DNA from: Candidatus Sericytochromatia bacterium
GTDB taxonomy: Bacteria; Cyanobacteriota; Sericytochromatia; S15B-MN24; UBA4093
Length of the DNA stretch: 64,000 bases
Assembly: GCA_036676985.1 (NCBI GenBank)
Contig: JAKFBU010000077.1
Span: 1-64,000, forward strand
Reading direction: 5' to 3'
The position numbers and the translations under genes were made by a program. Numbering within the stretch: position 1 is the first letter of the stretch; every line of letters starts with the position of its first letter. Below the pieces are notes generated by a model. The model ran no database searches. It saw only the letters and a program-made list of their open reading frames with translations, and was not told where the DNA came from. Below, in pieces: positions 25,925 to 36,055 of this stretch.

Positions 25925-28003
25925 CTAGCGTGCAGCCGGAAGGGCGGGCGCAGAGGCCGCAGGCAACCGCTTTTCAGTCGAGCCGATGGTGTCGGCCTTG
26001 AAGAACGAGACGGCTTCCGTCAGTTCCCTCGCCTGTCGCTCCAGATCGACCGCCGAGACGGCAATGAGCTGGGTGGCCGTCGCCGACTCCTGGGTCGTCT
26101 TCGTGATGTTCTGCACCACTCCCAGGACCGACTCTTCCTCGTGGATCTCCTGTTCGGTGGCGACCGAAACCTCGCGCGTCATGGCGTTCATGGAGACCAT
26201 GGCCTGCGAGATCTGCTGGCTGCCCTTGGCTTGCTCGCGCGTGGCCACCGACACCTCGCGGGTGAGAGCACTCATGCTTTCGACCGCCTTGGTGATCTGC
26301 TCGGCCCCCTGGTTCTGCTCCTGGGTGGCCTCCGAGATCTGGCCCATCAGGAGCGCGACCTGCTTGAAGGAGCCCACCGTCTCTTCGAGGGCCCTGCCGG
26401 CCGACTGCGCGAGCCCCGTGCCCTCCTTGATGGCCTCGCTGCTCTGGCGGGTGGAGGCGATCGCCTTGCCGGACTCCTGCTGGATGCCCTTGATGAGCTG
26501 GGTGATCTCGCCGGTGGCCTTGGCGGAACGCTCGGCGAGCTTGCGCACTTCGTCGGCGACCACCGCGAAGCCCCGGCCGTGCTCTCCGGCACGCGCCGCC
26601 TCGATGGCGGCGTTGAGGGCCAGGAGGTTGGTCTGCTCGGCGATGTCGTCGATGACCTCGACGATGGTGCCGATCTCGTCCGAGCGCTGCCCCAGCGACT
26701 GGATGACAGCGGCCACCTCGCCCATGGCGCCGTCGATCCGGCCCATGCTCGCGATCGTCTTGTCGACCGCCTCCTTGCCCTGGATGGCCACGAAGCTGGT
26801 GTTACCCGCCACCTCGGCGGCCTGCTCGAGGTTCTGCGACACGTGGCGGATGCTCGCCGCCATCTGCTCGATGGAGGCCGAGATCTCGTTGACCTCGCCC
26901 GCCAGGGTGTCGCAGGTGGACGCGACCTGCGTGACGCTCGCGATCATCTGCTCGACCGAGGCCGAGGTGACGTCCACGTTGCCCGCCAGCTCGCGGGCAT
27001 GGTTGGCCACCCGCTTGATGCTCATGGCCATGGTGCGCATGATGTCGGACGCGTGCTCGGCAGAGGCCGCCTGGGACCGGGCCGTGGCGGCCAGCTCCTC
27101 GGTGCCCGCGCTGATCTGCTCGGTGCTCGCGGACACGATACTCGAGCTGCCGAGGACCTGGTCGATGATCCGGCGCAAGGCGACGATCATCGTCTGGTAG
27201 CTGGCGCCCATGCGGCCGATCTCATCCTCGCCCGATACCTCGACGTTCTGGCTGAGGTCGCCCCGTGCCACGGCGCCGAGCGCCGCCTCGATCCGGTCGA
27301 GCGGCTTGAGGGCGCGCCGCAGGAGCATGAAAATCATGGCGCACAAGAGCCCGATCATGAGGAGCGAGACCGTGGTCATGGTCAGGACCCGCTCACGGAT
27401 CGCCGCGTCGAGCTTCGCCTTGGAAATGCCGATCCGGTAGGTGCCCCAGTGGCGACCGTCCACCAGGATGGGGGACGAGACGTCCCATGCCCATTCACCG
27501 GTGTCGCGGTGGTACAGCTGGACCAGCCCTTCGCTGCGCTCGTTGCGGGCGGCCGCGAGGCCCACCTTGTCGTCGAACTTGCGCTTGGAGCGCTGCGGGT
27601 TGGTGTGCGTGGCCACGTAGCCGTTGCGATCGAAGGCACCGGCGAAGAGGATGTCCGGTTCCCGGAGCATGGACTTGCCCACGAGCTCGAAGGACTCGTC
27701 GGCAAAGGCGTCGTATGGCGCCAGGAACTTCTTCACCTCGCCGTCCGCGAGAGGCGCGTACTGCTCGCCGAAGACCTGGTCCCGCGTGAGCGTCCCCGAG
27801 CGCAGGGCCTGCTCGAACAGCTCGGTCACGGCCGCAGCGCCGGTCTCGGCCTTGCTCTTGCCGCGCGCGAGGATACCCTGCTCCAGGGTCGAGGCCGCGT
27901 CGCGAATAAAGAACCCACACAGGGCCGCCATCATGAGGGTGAGTGCCAGCACCAGGATCGTGGAGACGCGGACCGAGACGCTGGTGCGCAGTTTATCGAG
28001 CAT
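25925..28003 (-). CDS. Methyl-accepting chemotaxis protein
   Basis: Two TM segments, a Cache-like periplasmic domain, HAMP and [37 protein letters not shown]. Confidence 0.93.
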   Translation of the reverse strand: MLDKLRTSVSVRVSTILVLALTLMMAALCGFFIRDAASTLEQGILARGKSKAETGAAAVTELFEQALRSGTLTRDQVFGEQYAPLADGEVKKFLAPYDAFADESFELVGKSMLREPDILFAGAFDRNGYVATHTNPQRSKRKFDDKVGLAAARNERSEGLVQLYHRDTGEWAWDVSSPILVDGRHWGTYRIGISKAKLDAAIRERVLTMTTVSLLMIGLLCAMIFMLLRRALKPLDRIEAALGAVARGDLSQNVEVSGEDEIGRMGASYQTMIVALRRIIDQVLGSSSIVSASTEQISAGTEELAATARSQAASAEHASDIMRTMAMSIKRVANHARELAGNVDVTSASVEQMIASVTQVASTCDTLAGEVNEISASIEQMAASIRHVSQNLEQAAEVAGNTSFVAIQGKEAVDKTIASMGRIDGAMGEVAAVIQSLGQRSDEIGTIVEVIDDIAEQTNLLALNAAIEAARAGEHGRGFAVVADEVRKLAERSAKATGEITQLIKGIQQESGKAIASTRQSSEAIKEGTGLAQSAGRALEETVGSFKQVALLMGQISEATQEQNQGAEQITKAVESMSALTREVSVATREQAKGSQQISQAMVSMNAMTREVSVATEQEIHEEESVLGVVQNITKTTQESATATQLIAVSAVDLERQARELTEAVSFFKADTIGSTEKRLPAASAPALPAAR

Positions 28004-28081
28004 GGTCGTCCTCTCTCGAGTGCAAGACGACTTGCGGGCGAAAGGTCGCTCTTCGTCTTGCTTAGAGCCTTCCAATGCCCA

Positions 28082-28125
28082 AGTCTAAACAGGCGAGCGC
28101 GCTAGTGATTCCGTGGAAACTACGT
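28082..28125 (-). promoter_or_regulatory. Putative activator site plus -10 box of the second MCP gene
   Basis: CCGTGGAAACTACGT (28111-28125); 23 nt downstream on the minus strand lies TAGACT. Confidence 0.55.
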
Positions 28126-28144
28126 AGTCGGGCAGAGCCTCCCT

Positions 28145-28717
28145 TTAAGACTTGTTGCCCTTTGTTTCGAGCGTGGTGCGCAGGGCCCAGGGGCTCGTGG
28201 GGTAGGTGCCGACGAGCTCACGCCAGATCTGCCACATGCGCTCCTTGTCGCCCCGGAAGAAGTGGGTCGTGCCCTGCCAGAACAGGGCCTCGGGGGCGGC
28301 GGCCGTGTCGGCGAGGCGATGGGCCGTCTCGGCGAAGAGGGCCTCGGCGTCCGCGTGGCGGGCGCTGCGCATGGCAAAGAGCCCCCGGGCCAGACCGAGC
28401 TCGCCCAGAAGCTCCCGTGGCGGGAGGAAACCCACGTTCTCCCGGAGCTTGGCGCCCCGGAAGTGCTGGAACACCAGGGTCGGCGTCCACAGGAGGCTGA
28501 AGCGGCGGGCGACCTCCCGCTCCTCTTTGGGGTTGAGGCGCACGAGGACGAAGTGCTCCGCGAGCTCCCGGCGAACCTCGGGGTCTTGGTAGGAAACGGC
28601 TTCCAGCCGTTCGCAGCCCGCTCAGCCGGGCAACGAGAAGTCGATGAGCAGCGGCTTGCGCCCTGCGGCGGCGGCCTCGGTCGCGGCCGCGAGGTCGGTG
28701 TACCAGTTCAGGGACAT
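28145..28717 (-). CDS. Thioredoxin-fold plus TPR protein, probable selenoprotein (UxxC)
   Basis: From ATG 28717: MSLNWYTDLAAATEAAAAGRKPLLIDFSLPG-[TGA 28622-28624]-AGCERLEAVSY..., continuing in frame into ORF 28145..28543 (WTPT cis-Pro motif, GFLPP, TPR-like tail). Confidence 0.85.
28595..28611 (-). promoter_or_regulatory. Candidate bacterial SECIS hairpin
   Basis: AACGGCU-GGA-AGCCGUU starting 11 nt after the in-frame UGA, with G in the apical loop. Confidence 0.65.
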
Positions 28718-28720
28718 GCC

Positions 28721-29866
28721 TCAGGCCTCCACGGGGCTCGCGGCCGATTGCGCCTCTAGCGGACGCCGGCCCACCACCGCGAGGGCAATGCCTCCGAAGC
28801 CCACGCAGACCGCCAGGAAGGCGATGAGCCAGCCGATGAAGGGGATGACCTGGAGGAGCAGCAGGAGGGGGATGCCCAGGGCCACGGCGGCCAGCAGGCG
28901 CGAGCGCAGACTCTTGAACGTGAACCGGCGGCTCAGGATGAAGTCCCCCAGGGCCAAGCCGGACGCCAGCCAGCCGACATGCCAGGTGAGCACGTAGAGG
29001 CCGAAGAGCGTCACGGCGAGGGGGATGCCCACGACGGTGATCGCGAGGAAAAGGAGCGCGATGGGCAGGCCCACGACGATGGCGAAGCCGATCAGGAGGG
29101 CCACGAGCGGCTGGCGCTCGATCTCCGAGGTCACCCGCTCGGCTGCCTTCGGCAAGAGAAGCGAGAGGACGGCGGCGCTCAGCAAGCTGGCGAGGATCAT
29201 GGCGGCCCACCACGCCCAGCGGGAGCCCGGAACGCCGGGCTTGCGCGCGGGCTTGGCGTGGTGCGTGACGCCGCCCGTGATGACGGCGCCGGTCGCGATG
29301 TCGGCCGTGGAGGTGGAGGTGTAGACGAGCGGACCGTTGAGGCGGGTGGCTTCTTCGACCGTCAGCTCCCCGGCTTGGATGTTGGTCGGGCCCATGGTGC
29401 CGCGCAGGGTGACGTCGCCGCCCGCGATCATGGCCTCGCCGACCCGGCCGGCGATGGTGACGTTGCCGCCCGCGTACGCGCCGTCTCCCGCGACCTTGGC
29501 GTCGCTTTCCTGGCTGATGTCGCCGCCCGCGAGGAGGACGTCTCGGCCGACGGTGCCCGAGAGCTTGAGGGTGCCGCCCGCAGCACGGATGCTCTGGCCG
29601 ACGCGGCCTCGCAGGGTAAGGTCGCCTCCGGCCGCGATGAGGTCCTGGCGGACGTCACCCGTGATCGTGACGTCGCCGCCAGCGACCACCAGGTCGCCCG
29701 TGACGGTGCCCTCGATGCGGACGTCACGGCCGGCGACGTAGAGGTCGTCGTCGATGACGGTGCCTGCCGGGATGACGACGTCGTCGCCGGAGCGGAACTC
29801 CATGGCGAGGGCCGCGGGCTGGACGAAGAGCCAGGTGGCGAGCAGCAAGAGAGTGAAACGGCGCAT
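28721..29866 (-). CDS. Membrane protein with bactofilin-like beta-helix (AGGDV) repeats
   Basis: Signal peptide, repeated AGG(D/N)V.I.G.V..D units, then 5-6 TM segments. Confidence 0.85.
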   Translation of the reverse strand: MRRFTLLLLATWLFVQPAALAMEFRSGDDVVIPAGTVIDDDLYVAGRDVRIEGTVTGDLVVAGGDVTITGDVRQDLIAAGGDLTLRGRVGQSIRAAGGTLKLSGTVGRDVLLAGGDISQESDAKVAGDGAYAGGNVTIAGRVGEAMIAGGDVTLRGTMGPTNIQAGELTVEEATRLNGPLVYTSTSTADIATGAVITGGVTHHAKPARKPGVPGSRWAWWAAMILASLLSAAVLSLLLPKAAERVTSEIERQPLVALLIGFAIVVGLPIALLFLAITVVGIPLAVTLFGLYVLTWHVGWLASGLALGDFILSRRFTFKSLRSRLLAAVALGIPLLLLLQVIPFIGWLIAFLAVCVGFGGIALAVVGRRPLEAQSAASPVEA

Positions 29867-29924
29867 GGCACCTCCGGCAGGTGGGGAAGGGGGCGGTGAT
29901 TCGTCAGTCTAGCATGAACGCGAA

Positions 29925-29951
29925 GAGGCCCCCCTCGACGAGGGGGGCCTC
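29925..29951 (-). terminator. Terminator of sucA-sucB-lpdA
   Basis: GAGGCCCCCCTCG-A-CGAGGGGGGCCTC just after the lpdA stop. Confidence 0.75.
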
Positions 29952-29962
29952 CTTGGAAACGC

Positions 29963-31357
29963 CTAACCGTGGAGAATCTTCCGCGCGGCTTCCTTGGTGA
30001 CCTCGGACAGCGTCGGGTGCGCGTGCATGGTGCGCGCGATGTCCTCCGACGAGCCGCCGAACTCCATCACCGTCACCGCCTCCGACAAGAGCTCGCTCAC
30101 GCTGGGGCCGATCATGTGGACGCCCAGCACCTTGTCCGTCTTGGCGTCGGCCAGGATCTTCACGAAGCCCACCGTGTCGTTGTGCGCCAGCGCCCGGCCG
30201 TTGACCGAGAAGGGATAGCTGCCCGACTTGTAGGCCACGCCGTCCTTCTTGAGCTGCTGCTCGGTCTTACCGACCCACGCGATCTCGGGCGAGGTGTAGA
30301 TGACCCAGGGGATGGTGTCGTAGTTCACGTGACCCGCCTGGCCCGCCAGGGTCTCGGCAACGGCGATTCCCTCCTCCTCGGCCTTGTGGGCCAGCATGGC
30401 CCCGCCGATGACGTCGCCGATCGCCCAGACGTTCGGGAGATTGGTGCGGAACTGATCCGTCTCCACGAACCCGCGATCCGAGAGCTTGAGCCCCACCGCC
30501 TCGGCGCCCAGGCCGTTGGTGTTGGGAGCCCGGCCCACCGCCACGATGAGCTTGTCCACCTCGAGCGTGTGCTCGGCGTCGCCCTCGCGGTACTTGAGCA
30601 CCACCACGCCGTCCGAGGTGTCCACCGACTCGATGCTGACACCCATGTGCAGCTCCAGGCCCTGCTTCTTGAACTGCTTGAGGGCCTCACGGCTGACGGC
30701 CGTGTCCGCCGCCGCCAGGAAGTCGGGCATGGCCTCGAGCACCGTGACCTTGGAGCCCAGGCGACGCCACACGCTGCCGAGCTCCAGGCCGATGACGCCC
30801 GCGCCGATGACGCCCAGGCGCTCGGGCACCGACGTGAAGTCCAGGGCCCCCGCGTTGTCCACGATCTTGTCGCCGTCGAAAGGCGCGATGGGCAGGGTGC
30901 GGGGCGACGAGCCCGTGGCGATGAGGACGTGCTTCGCGCCGACCTCCTGGTCGCCCACCGCGACCACCCAGGTCTCGCCGTCACGGCGGACCAAGCGGCC
31001 CCGGCCGTGCAGGGACGTGACCTTGGCCGACTTGAAGAGCATGGCGATGCCGCCCGTGAGCTTGGAGACGACCTGGTTCTTGCGGGCGATCATCTGGGCG
31101 ACGTCGAGCTTCACGCCCTCGACCACGATGCCGTGGTCGTCCAGGTGCTGCAGGTGCTCGAAGGTGTGCGAGGAGTCGAGCAGGGCCTTGGAGGGGATGC
31201 AGCCCACGTTGAGGCAGGTGCCGCCGAGGCTCGGCTTGCCGTCCTTGGTCGTCCAGTCGTCGATGCAGGCCGTCTTGAGCCCGAGCTGCGCCGCGCGGAT
31301 GGCCGCCACGTAGCCGCCTGGGCCCGCGCCGATCACGATGAGGTCGAAAATGTCCAC
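29963..31357 (-). CDS. lpdA: Dihydrolipoyl dehydrogenase (E3)
   Basis: [30 protein letters not shown] and HAHPTLSE. Confidence 0.97.
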   Translation of the reverse strand: MDIFDLIVIGAGPGGYVAAIRAAQLGLKTACIDDWTTKDGKPSLGGTCLNVGCIPSKALLDSSHTFEHLQHLDDHGIVVEGVKLDVAQMIARKNQVVSKLTGGIAMLFKSAKVTSLHGRGRLVRRDGETWVVAVGDQEVGAKHVLIATGSSPRTLPIAPFDGDKIVDNAGALDFTSVPERLGVIGAGVIGLELGSVWRRLGSKVTVLEAMPDFLAAADTAVSREALKQFKKQGLELHMGVSIESVDTSDGVVVLKYREGDAEHTLEVDKLIVAVGRAPNTNGLGAEAVGLKLSDRGFVETDQFRTNLPNVWAIGDVIGGAMLAHKAEEEGIAVAETLAGQAGHVNYDTIPWVIYTSPEIAWVGKTEQQLKKDGVAYKSGSYPFSVNGRALAHNDTVGFVKILADAKTDKVLGVHMIGPSVSELLSEAVTVMEFGGSSEDIARTMHAHPTLSEVTKEAARKILHG

Positions 31358-31440
31358 GATGAAGCTCCTTATGTTGGTTGCCGCAAATCGCTGTTAGAGG
31401 CTGCCCTTGCGCATGTCTGGCTGGCCTATGCAGGCTTGAC

Positions 31441-31538
31441 GTCACCCTCGCGAAAGCGGGGGTCCACCGCAGCGCCGTACGGATGCTGCCGGGAGGGGCG
31501 ACACTGGACCCCCGCATTCGCGAGGGTGACGGGAGTGG
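31441..31538. repeat. REP-like inverted pair between sucB and lpdA
   Basis: GTCACCCTCGCGAAAGCGGGGGTCCA (31441-31466) ... TGGACCCCCGCATTCGCGAGGGTGAC (31505-31530). Confidence 0.85.
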
Positions 31539-31601
31539 CGATCCGCGCCCTGGTTTGCTCCCAAGATTCTACCCCCCCTTGCGGGGGGGCAGGAAGCGCT
31601 C

Positions 31602-32801
31602 CTAGATCTTGAGCAGGAGGCGGGCCGGATCCTCGAGGATGTTCTTGACCTTCACGAGGAAGAGGACCGCGTCCTTGCCGTCGATGATCCGGTGATCGTA
31701 CGACAGCGCAAGGTACATCATCGGGCGGATGACCACCTGGCCGTTCTCGGCCACCGGACGCTCGGTGATGTTGTGCATGCCGAGGATCGCGCTCTGCGGC
31801 GCGTTGAGGATCGGCGTCGAGAGCATCGAGCCGAAGGTGCCGCCGTTGGTGATGGTGAACGTGCCGCCCGACATGTCCTCGATGGAGAGCTTGTTGGCCT
31901 TGGCCTTCTCGGCGTAGGCCGCGATCGCCAGCTCGATGTCCGCCAGGGACATCTGGTCGGTGTTGCGCAGGACGGGCACCACCAGGCCGCGCTCGGCCGC
32001 CACCGCGATGCCGACGTCGAAGAAGCCGTTGTAGACGATGTCGTTGCCGTCCACCGTGGCGTTGATGATCGGGAACTCCTTGAGGGCCTCGGTCACCGCG
32101 GACACGAAGAAGCTCATGAAGCCCAGCTTGATGCCGTACTTCTTGACGAACTGGTCCTGGTACTTCTTGCGGAGGTCCATGACCGGCTTCATGTTCACTT
32201 CGTTGAAGGTGGTCAGGATGGCCGCCGTGTTCTGGACCTGCTTGAGGCGCTCGGCGATGCGCGCGCGGATGCGCGTCATGGGCACGCGGCGCGCGGGGCG
32301 CTCGCCGGTGGGCAGCTGCACGGGCGCGATCGCAGGAGCCGCGGCCTTGGGGGCGGCTCCGCCCTCGACGTGCGCGAGCACGTCACCCTTGGTCACCCGG
32401 CCGCCCTTGCCCGTGCCCGCGATGTCCTCGGGCTTGGCGCCCGTCTCGGCGACGAGCTTGCGCACGGCCGGCGAGAGCTCGGTCGAGACCGGGGCGGCGG
32501 GCACCGTGGCGACGGCGGGCGCGGCCTCGGCGGCTTGAGCCTGTGCCGGAGCGGCAGCGGCCGCCTCGGTGTCGATCACGGCCAACAGCTGGCCCGTCGT
32601 GACGGTGTCGCCTTCCTGCTTCTCGACGGACTTGAGGACGCCCGCCTGAGGGGCCGTCACCTCGAGCACGACCTTGTCGGTCTCGATGCCGATGAGCATG
32701 TCGCCGCGATCGACGGCCTCACCCACCTGCTTGTTCCAGTTGAGCAGGAGGCCTTCGCTGACGGACTCCGAGAAAACGGGGACTTTGACTTCTACGAGCA
32801 T
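31602..32801 (-). CDS. sucB: 2-oxoglutarate dehydrogenase E2
   Basis: Lipoyl motif [15 protein letters not shown] and YDHRIIDG. Confidence 0.97.
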   Translation of the reverse strand: MLVEVKVPVFSESVSEGLLLNWNKQVGEAVDRGDMLIGIETDKVVLEVTAPQAGVLKSVEKQEGDTVTTGQLLAVIDTEAAAAAPAQAQAAEAAPAVATVPAAPVSTELSPAVRKLVAETGAKPEDIAGTGKGGRVTKGDVLAHVEGGAAPKAAAPAIAPVQLPTGERPARRVPMTRIRARIAERLKQVQNTAAILTTFNEVNMKPVMDLRKKYQDQFVKKYGIKLGFMSFFVSAVTEALKEFPIINATVDGNDIVYNGFFDVGIAVAAERGLVVPVLRNTDQMSLADIELAIAAYAEKAKANKLSIEDMSGGTFTITNGGTFGSMLSTPILNAPQSAILGMHNITERPVAENGQVVIRPMMYLALSYDHRIIDGKDAVLFLVKVKNILEDPARLLLKI

Positions 32802-32813
32802 GACTACTCCTAC

Positions 32814-35642
32814 TTAGACCGAGGCGCCTTGGCGGTCGCGCTCGGCAACCGCCGTCAGGCCGAACGCCCGGTCGATGATGGCTTGCTGTTGTTCGTTGTG
32901 CTTGGAGGCATAGCCGACCGCGGGCGAGGCGGAAGCCGGGCGGCAAGCCCGGTCGAGCGACTGGCCGGTGGCGAGGCTCGCCGCCAGGTTGTCGCGCAGG
33001 AAGAACCAGGCGCCCTGGTTTTCCGGCTCCTCTTGGGCCCAGGTGACCTGGGCGCCCGGGTACTTGGCGAGCTCCTGGCGCAGCTCGGTCTCCGGGAAGG
33101 GATAGAGCTGCTCCAGGCGCACGATGGCGACGTTCGAGAGGCCCTTGGCCTCGCGCGCCTCGACGAAATCGTAGTAGAGCTTGCCGCTGCAGACGACCAC
33201 GCGGTCGATGCCGGTCGCGGGGCGGTTGTCGCCGATGACCGTCTGGAACGCGCCGTTGGCGAGCTCCTCGAGGGTCGAGACCGACAGCTTGTGCCGCAGC
33301 ATGCTCTTGGGGCTCATGATGATGAGCGGCTTGCGGAAGGGCCGCACCATCTGGCGGCGCAGCATGTGGAACATCTGCGCCGGCGTGCTGGGCACGACGA
33401 CCTGCATGTTGTCCTCGGCGCAGAGCTGCATGTAGCGCTCCAGGCGCGCCGACGAGTGCTCGGGGCCCTGACCCTCGTAGCCGTGCGGCAGCATCATGAC
33501 CAGGCCGCTCAGGCGCTGCCACTTGGCTTCGCCCGCGCTGATGAACTGGTCGATGACCGACTGCGCGACGTTCGCGAAGTCGCCGTACTGCGCCTCCCAG
33601 ATGTCGAGGACGTTGGGCTCGGTGCTCGAGTAGCCGTACTCGAAGCCGAGCACGCCCTCCTCGGACAGCGTCGAGTCGATGACGTTGAACCAGGCCTGGT
33701 CGTCAGCGAGGTGCTGCAGGGGGACGTAGACCTCGCCCTCGGGCTTGCCCGTCGAGCGCTGGTCGTGCAGGGCCGCATGCCGGTGGAAGAAGGTGCCGCG
33801 GCCGGCGTCCTGGCCCGTGAAGCGGACCGGGAACTTCTCCAGGGTGACCAACGAGGCATAGGCCAGGTTCTCGGCGAAGCCCCAGTCCACCGGGGTCTTG
33901 CCCTCGGTCATCTCCACGCGGCTCTTGAGGACGCGGTCCACGCGGGGGTGGAGCTTGAAGCCTTCGGGCAGCTCGGTCAGCTTGGCGCCGAGCCGCTTGA
34001 GGACGTCCATGGGGACCCGGGTCTCGCCCGCGGCCCGCCAGGACTGGTTGAGGTAGGGCGCCCAGGTGTTGCCCTTGATCGAGATGTAGTCCGACTCGAC
34101 GGCGTCGGCCACGCTCTTGCCCTGATCCAGGGCGTCGCGGTAGCTCGCGACGAGCTGCTTGATCTCTCCGGGCTGGAGCACGCCTTCCTTCTCCAGCTGC
34201 TGGGCGTAGAGGGCGAGCACGCCGGGGTGCTTGTCGATCTGCACGTACATGTCCGGCTGCGTGGCGCGGGGCTCGTCGGACTCGTTGTGCCCGTGCCGGC
34301 GCCAGCAGACGAGATCGATGAAGACGTCCTTGCGGAAGGTCATCCGGTAGTCGAGCGCCAGAAGGGCCGCGTAGGCGACCGCCTCGGGGTCGTCGCCGTT
34401 GACGTGGAAGACCGGCGCGTCGATGAACTTGGCGATGTCGGTCGCATAGCGGGTGGAGCGGACGTCCAGGGGGTCGCTGATGCTGAAGCCCACCTGGTTG
34501 TTGACCACCACGTGCAGGGTGCCGCCGGTGGTGAAGCCGCGCAGCTGCGAGAGGTTGAGCGTCTCGGTGACCACGCCCTGGCCGGAGACGGCGGCGTCAC
34601 CGTGGATGAGCACGGGCAGCACCTGGCTGCGCTCCAGGTCGCTGCGCCGATCCTGGCGCGCGCGGACCGAGCCCTCGACCACCGGGTTGATGATCTCGAG
34701 GTGCGACGGGTTGAAGCCGAGCGCCAGGTGGACCGGACCGCCCTCGGTCTCGAGGTCCGCCGAGAAGCCCAGGTGGTACTTCACGTCGCCCGAGATGTTG
34801 GGCGCGAGCTCCTTTTTGCCCTCGAACTCGGCGAAGAGCTGGCTGGTCTTCTTGCCGAAGATGTTGACCAGCACGTTGAGGCGGCCGCGGTGGGCCATGC
34901 CGACCACGACCTCCTTGACGCCCTGCTTGCCGGCGCCGAGGATCGCCTGATCGAGCAGCGGGATGAGCGAGTCTCCGCCTTCGAGGCTGAAGCGCTTCTG
35001 GCCGACGTACTTCTGGTGCAGGTACTTCTCGAGGCCCTCGGCGGCGTTGACCTTGGCGAGGAGGCGCAGCTTGGTCGCCTTGTCGAACTGGCCGCGGCCG
35101 CGGGCGGACTCGATGCGCTGCTGGAGCCACTCGCGCTCGACGCGGGGCAGGTAGGCGAACTCGAAGCCGATGGGGCCGCAGTAGGTGGTGCGCAGATCCT
35201 CGAAGACCTGGCGCAGCGGGCCATGGAAGCCCTCGTACGAGACGGGGTAGTCCAGATCGGCGGCGTTGACGCCGTGGTAGCCGAGCTCGAGCTCGGGGAC
35301 GTCTTCCTGCGGGCGGAGCTTCAGCGGGTTGAACTTGGCGCGCAGGTGGCCATAGGCGCGGTAGGCGCTGATGAGCGCCCCCACGCCTTGCTGGACCGGA
35401 GCGCACTCCGTGGCAACGGGGGCGACGGCCAGGTGCCGGCCGCTCTGCACGAGCTCGGCAAAGGCGCGCTGCACCGGGGAGTGGGCGACCTCCGGGGCCT
35501 GGCCGGCAACCTTGAGGGCCTCGAAGTAGGTGCGCCACTCGGGGGCGACGGACTGGGGATCGGCTAGGAAATCCTCGTACAGGGCTTCCAGGAAAGCGGC
35601 ATTGCTTCCTGCCATCAGCGTCGTGTCAACGTTCACGTTCAA
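32814..35642 (-). CDS. sucA: 2-oxoglutarate dehydrogenase E1
   Basis: KRFSLEG, GMAHRGRLN, HGDAA, WEAQYGDF and PHGYEGQGPEHSSAR. Confidence 0.97.
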   Translation of the reverse strand: MNVNVDTTLMAGSNAAFLEALYEDFLADPQSVAPEWRTYFEALKVAGQAPEVAHSPVQRAFAELVQSGRHLAVAPVATECAPVQQGVGALISAYRAYGHLRAKFNPLKLRPQEDVPELELGYHGVNAADLDYPVSYEGFHGPLRQVFEDLRTTYCGPIGFEFAYLPRVEREWLQQRIESARGRGQFDKATKLRLLAKVNAAEGLEKYLHQKYVGQKRFSLEGGDSLIPLLDQAILGAGKQGVKEVVVGMAHRGRLNVLVNIFGKKTSQLFAEFEGKKELAPNISGDVKYHLGFSADLETEGGPVHLALGFNPSHLEIINPVVEGSVRARQDRRSDLERSQVLPVLIHGDAAVSGQGVVTETLNLSQLRGFTTGGTLHVVVNNQVGFSISDPLDVRSTRYATDIAKFIDAPVFHVNGDDPEAVAYAALLALDYRMTFRKDVFIDLVCWRRHGHNESDEPRATQPDMYVQIDKHPGVLALYAQQLEKEGVLQPGEIKQLVASYRDALDQGKSVADAVESDYISIKGNTWAPYLNQSWRAAGETRVPMDVLKRLGAKLTELPEGFKLHPRVDRVLKSRVEMTEGKTPVDWGFAENLAYASLVTLEKFPVRFTGQDAGRGTFFHRHAALHDQRSTGKPEGEVYVPLQHLADDQAWFNVIDSTLSEEGVLGFEYGYSSTEPNVLDIWEAQYGDFANVAQSVIDQFISAGEAKWQRLSGLVMMLPHGYEGQGPEHSSARLERYMQLCAEDNMQVVVPSTPAQMFHMLRRQMVRPFRKPLIIMSPKSMLRHKLSVSTLEELANGAFQTVIGDNRPATGIDRVVVCSGKLYYDFVEAREAKGLSNVAIVRLEQLYPFPETELRQELAKYPGAQVTWAQEEPENQGAWFFLRDNLAASLATGQSLDRACRPASASPAVGYASKHNEQQQAIIDRAFGLTAVAERDRQGASV

Positions 35643-36055
35643 TCCTACTCAAACGACATATCGGCGAAAAGGCGGAACTGGTCAGGCGCAGAAGGGCTCT
35701 GGGCCCGGCCTAACCAGCCCCATTGTACCTCGTTATCGGCGGCATGGGGTATCCCCTTCCGTCAATCGGTAGAAAGCCAGGATTTCGGCACCTCTATCGG
35801 CGGTGGTGGGGTCCAATGGGTTGTTGCAGGTGGTTTTGAGTGGGGTTGTGATGGGTGAAAGCTAATTAGGGCGCCATTTTTGCTGCATGATCGGGGGAGA
35901 TGGCGACACGGAAATGACTTGCTGCAAATCGTATCGTTTAATATAGTTTACGAAGCTGCTTTTCGCGCGACCCGCAATAGAAAAGCGTCTCAACTTCCGG
36001 ATTCGCGCCCATTTCAGGGCCATGTTGCCCGCGTCAGGCACAAAGGAGTACGCCA

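Noticed and set aside
28622-28624. In-frame TGA interpreted as a pseudogene lesion
   Set aside because: It falls exactly on the catalytic Cys position and is followed by a SECIS-like hairpin, so Sec recoding is the better reading, though unproven.
31692-35567. 1291-aa plus-strand ORF and similar long ORFs (1589..3670, 13949..15940, 18466..21972, 25847..28105, 42746..45184, 60768..62876)
   Set aside because: These are antisense or alternate-frame shadows of well-supported genes, expected at high GC. They contain no recognisable motifs.
35658-35685. Sigma-28-like GCCGATAT upstream of sucA
   Set aside because: The -35 match is poor (TGAC versus TAAA) and the context is implausible for a TCA-cycle operon.
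35700-36055. AT-rich sucA/puuD intergenic region as a possible ncRNA or purine riboswitch
   Set aside because: No recognisable aptamer consensus. It is adequately explained as divergent promoters.
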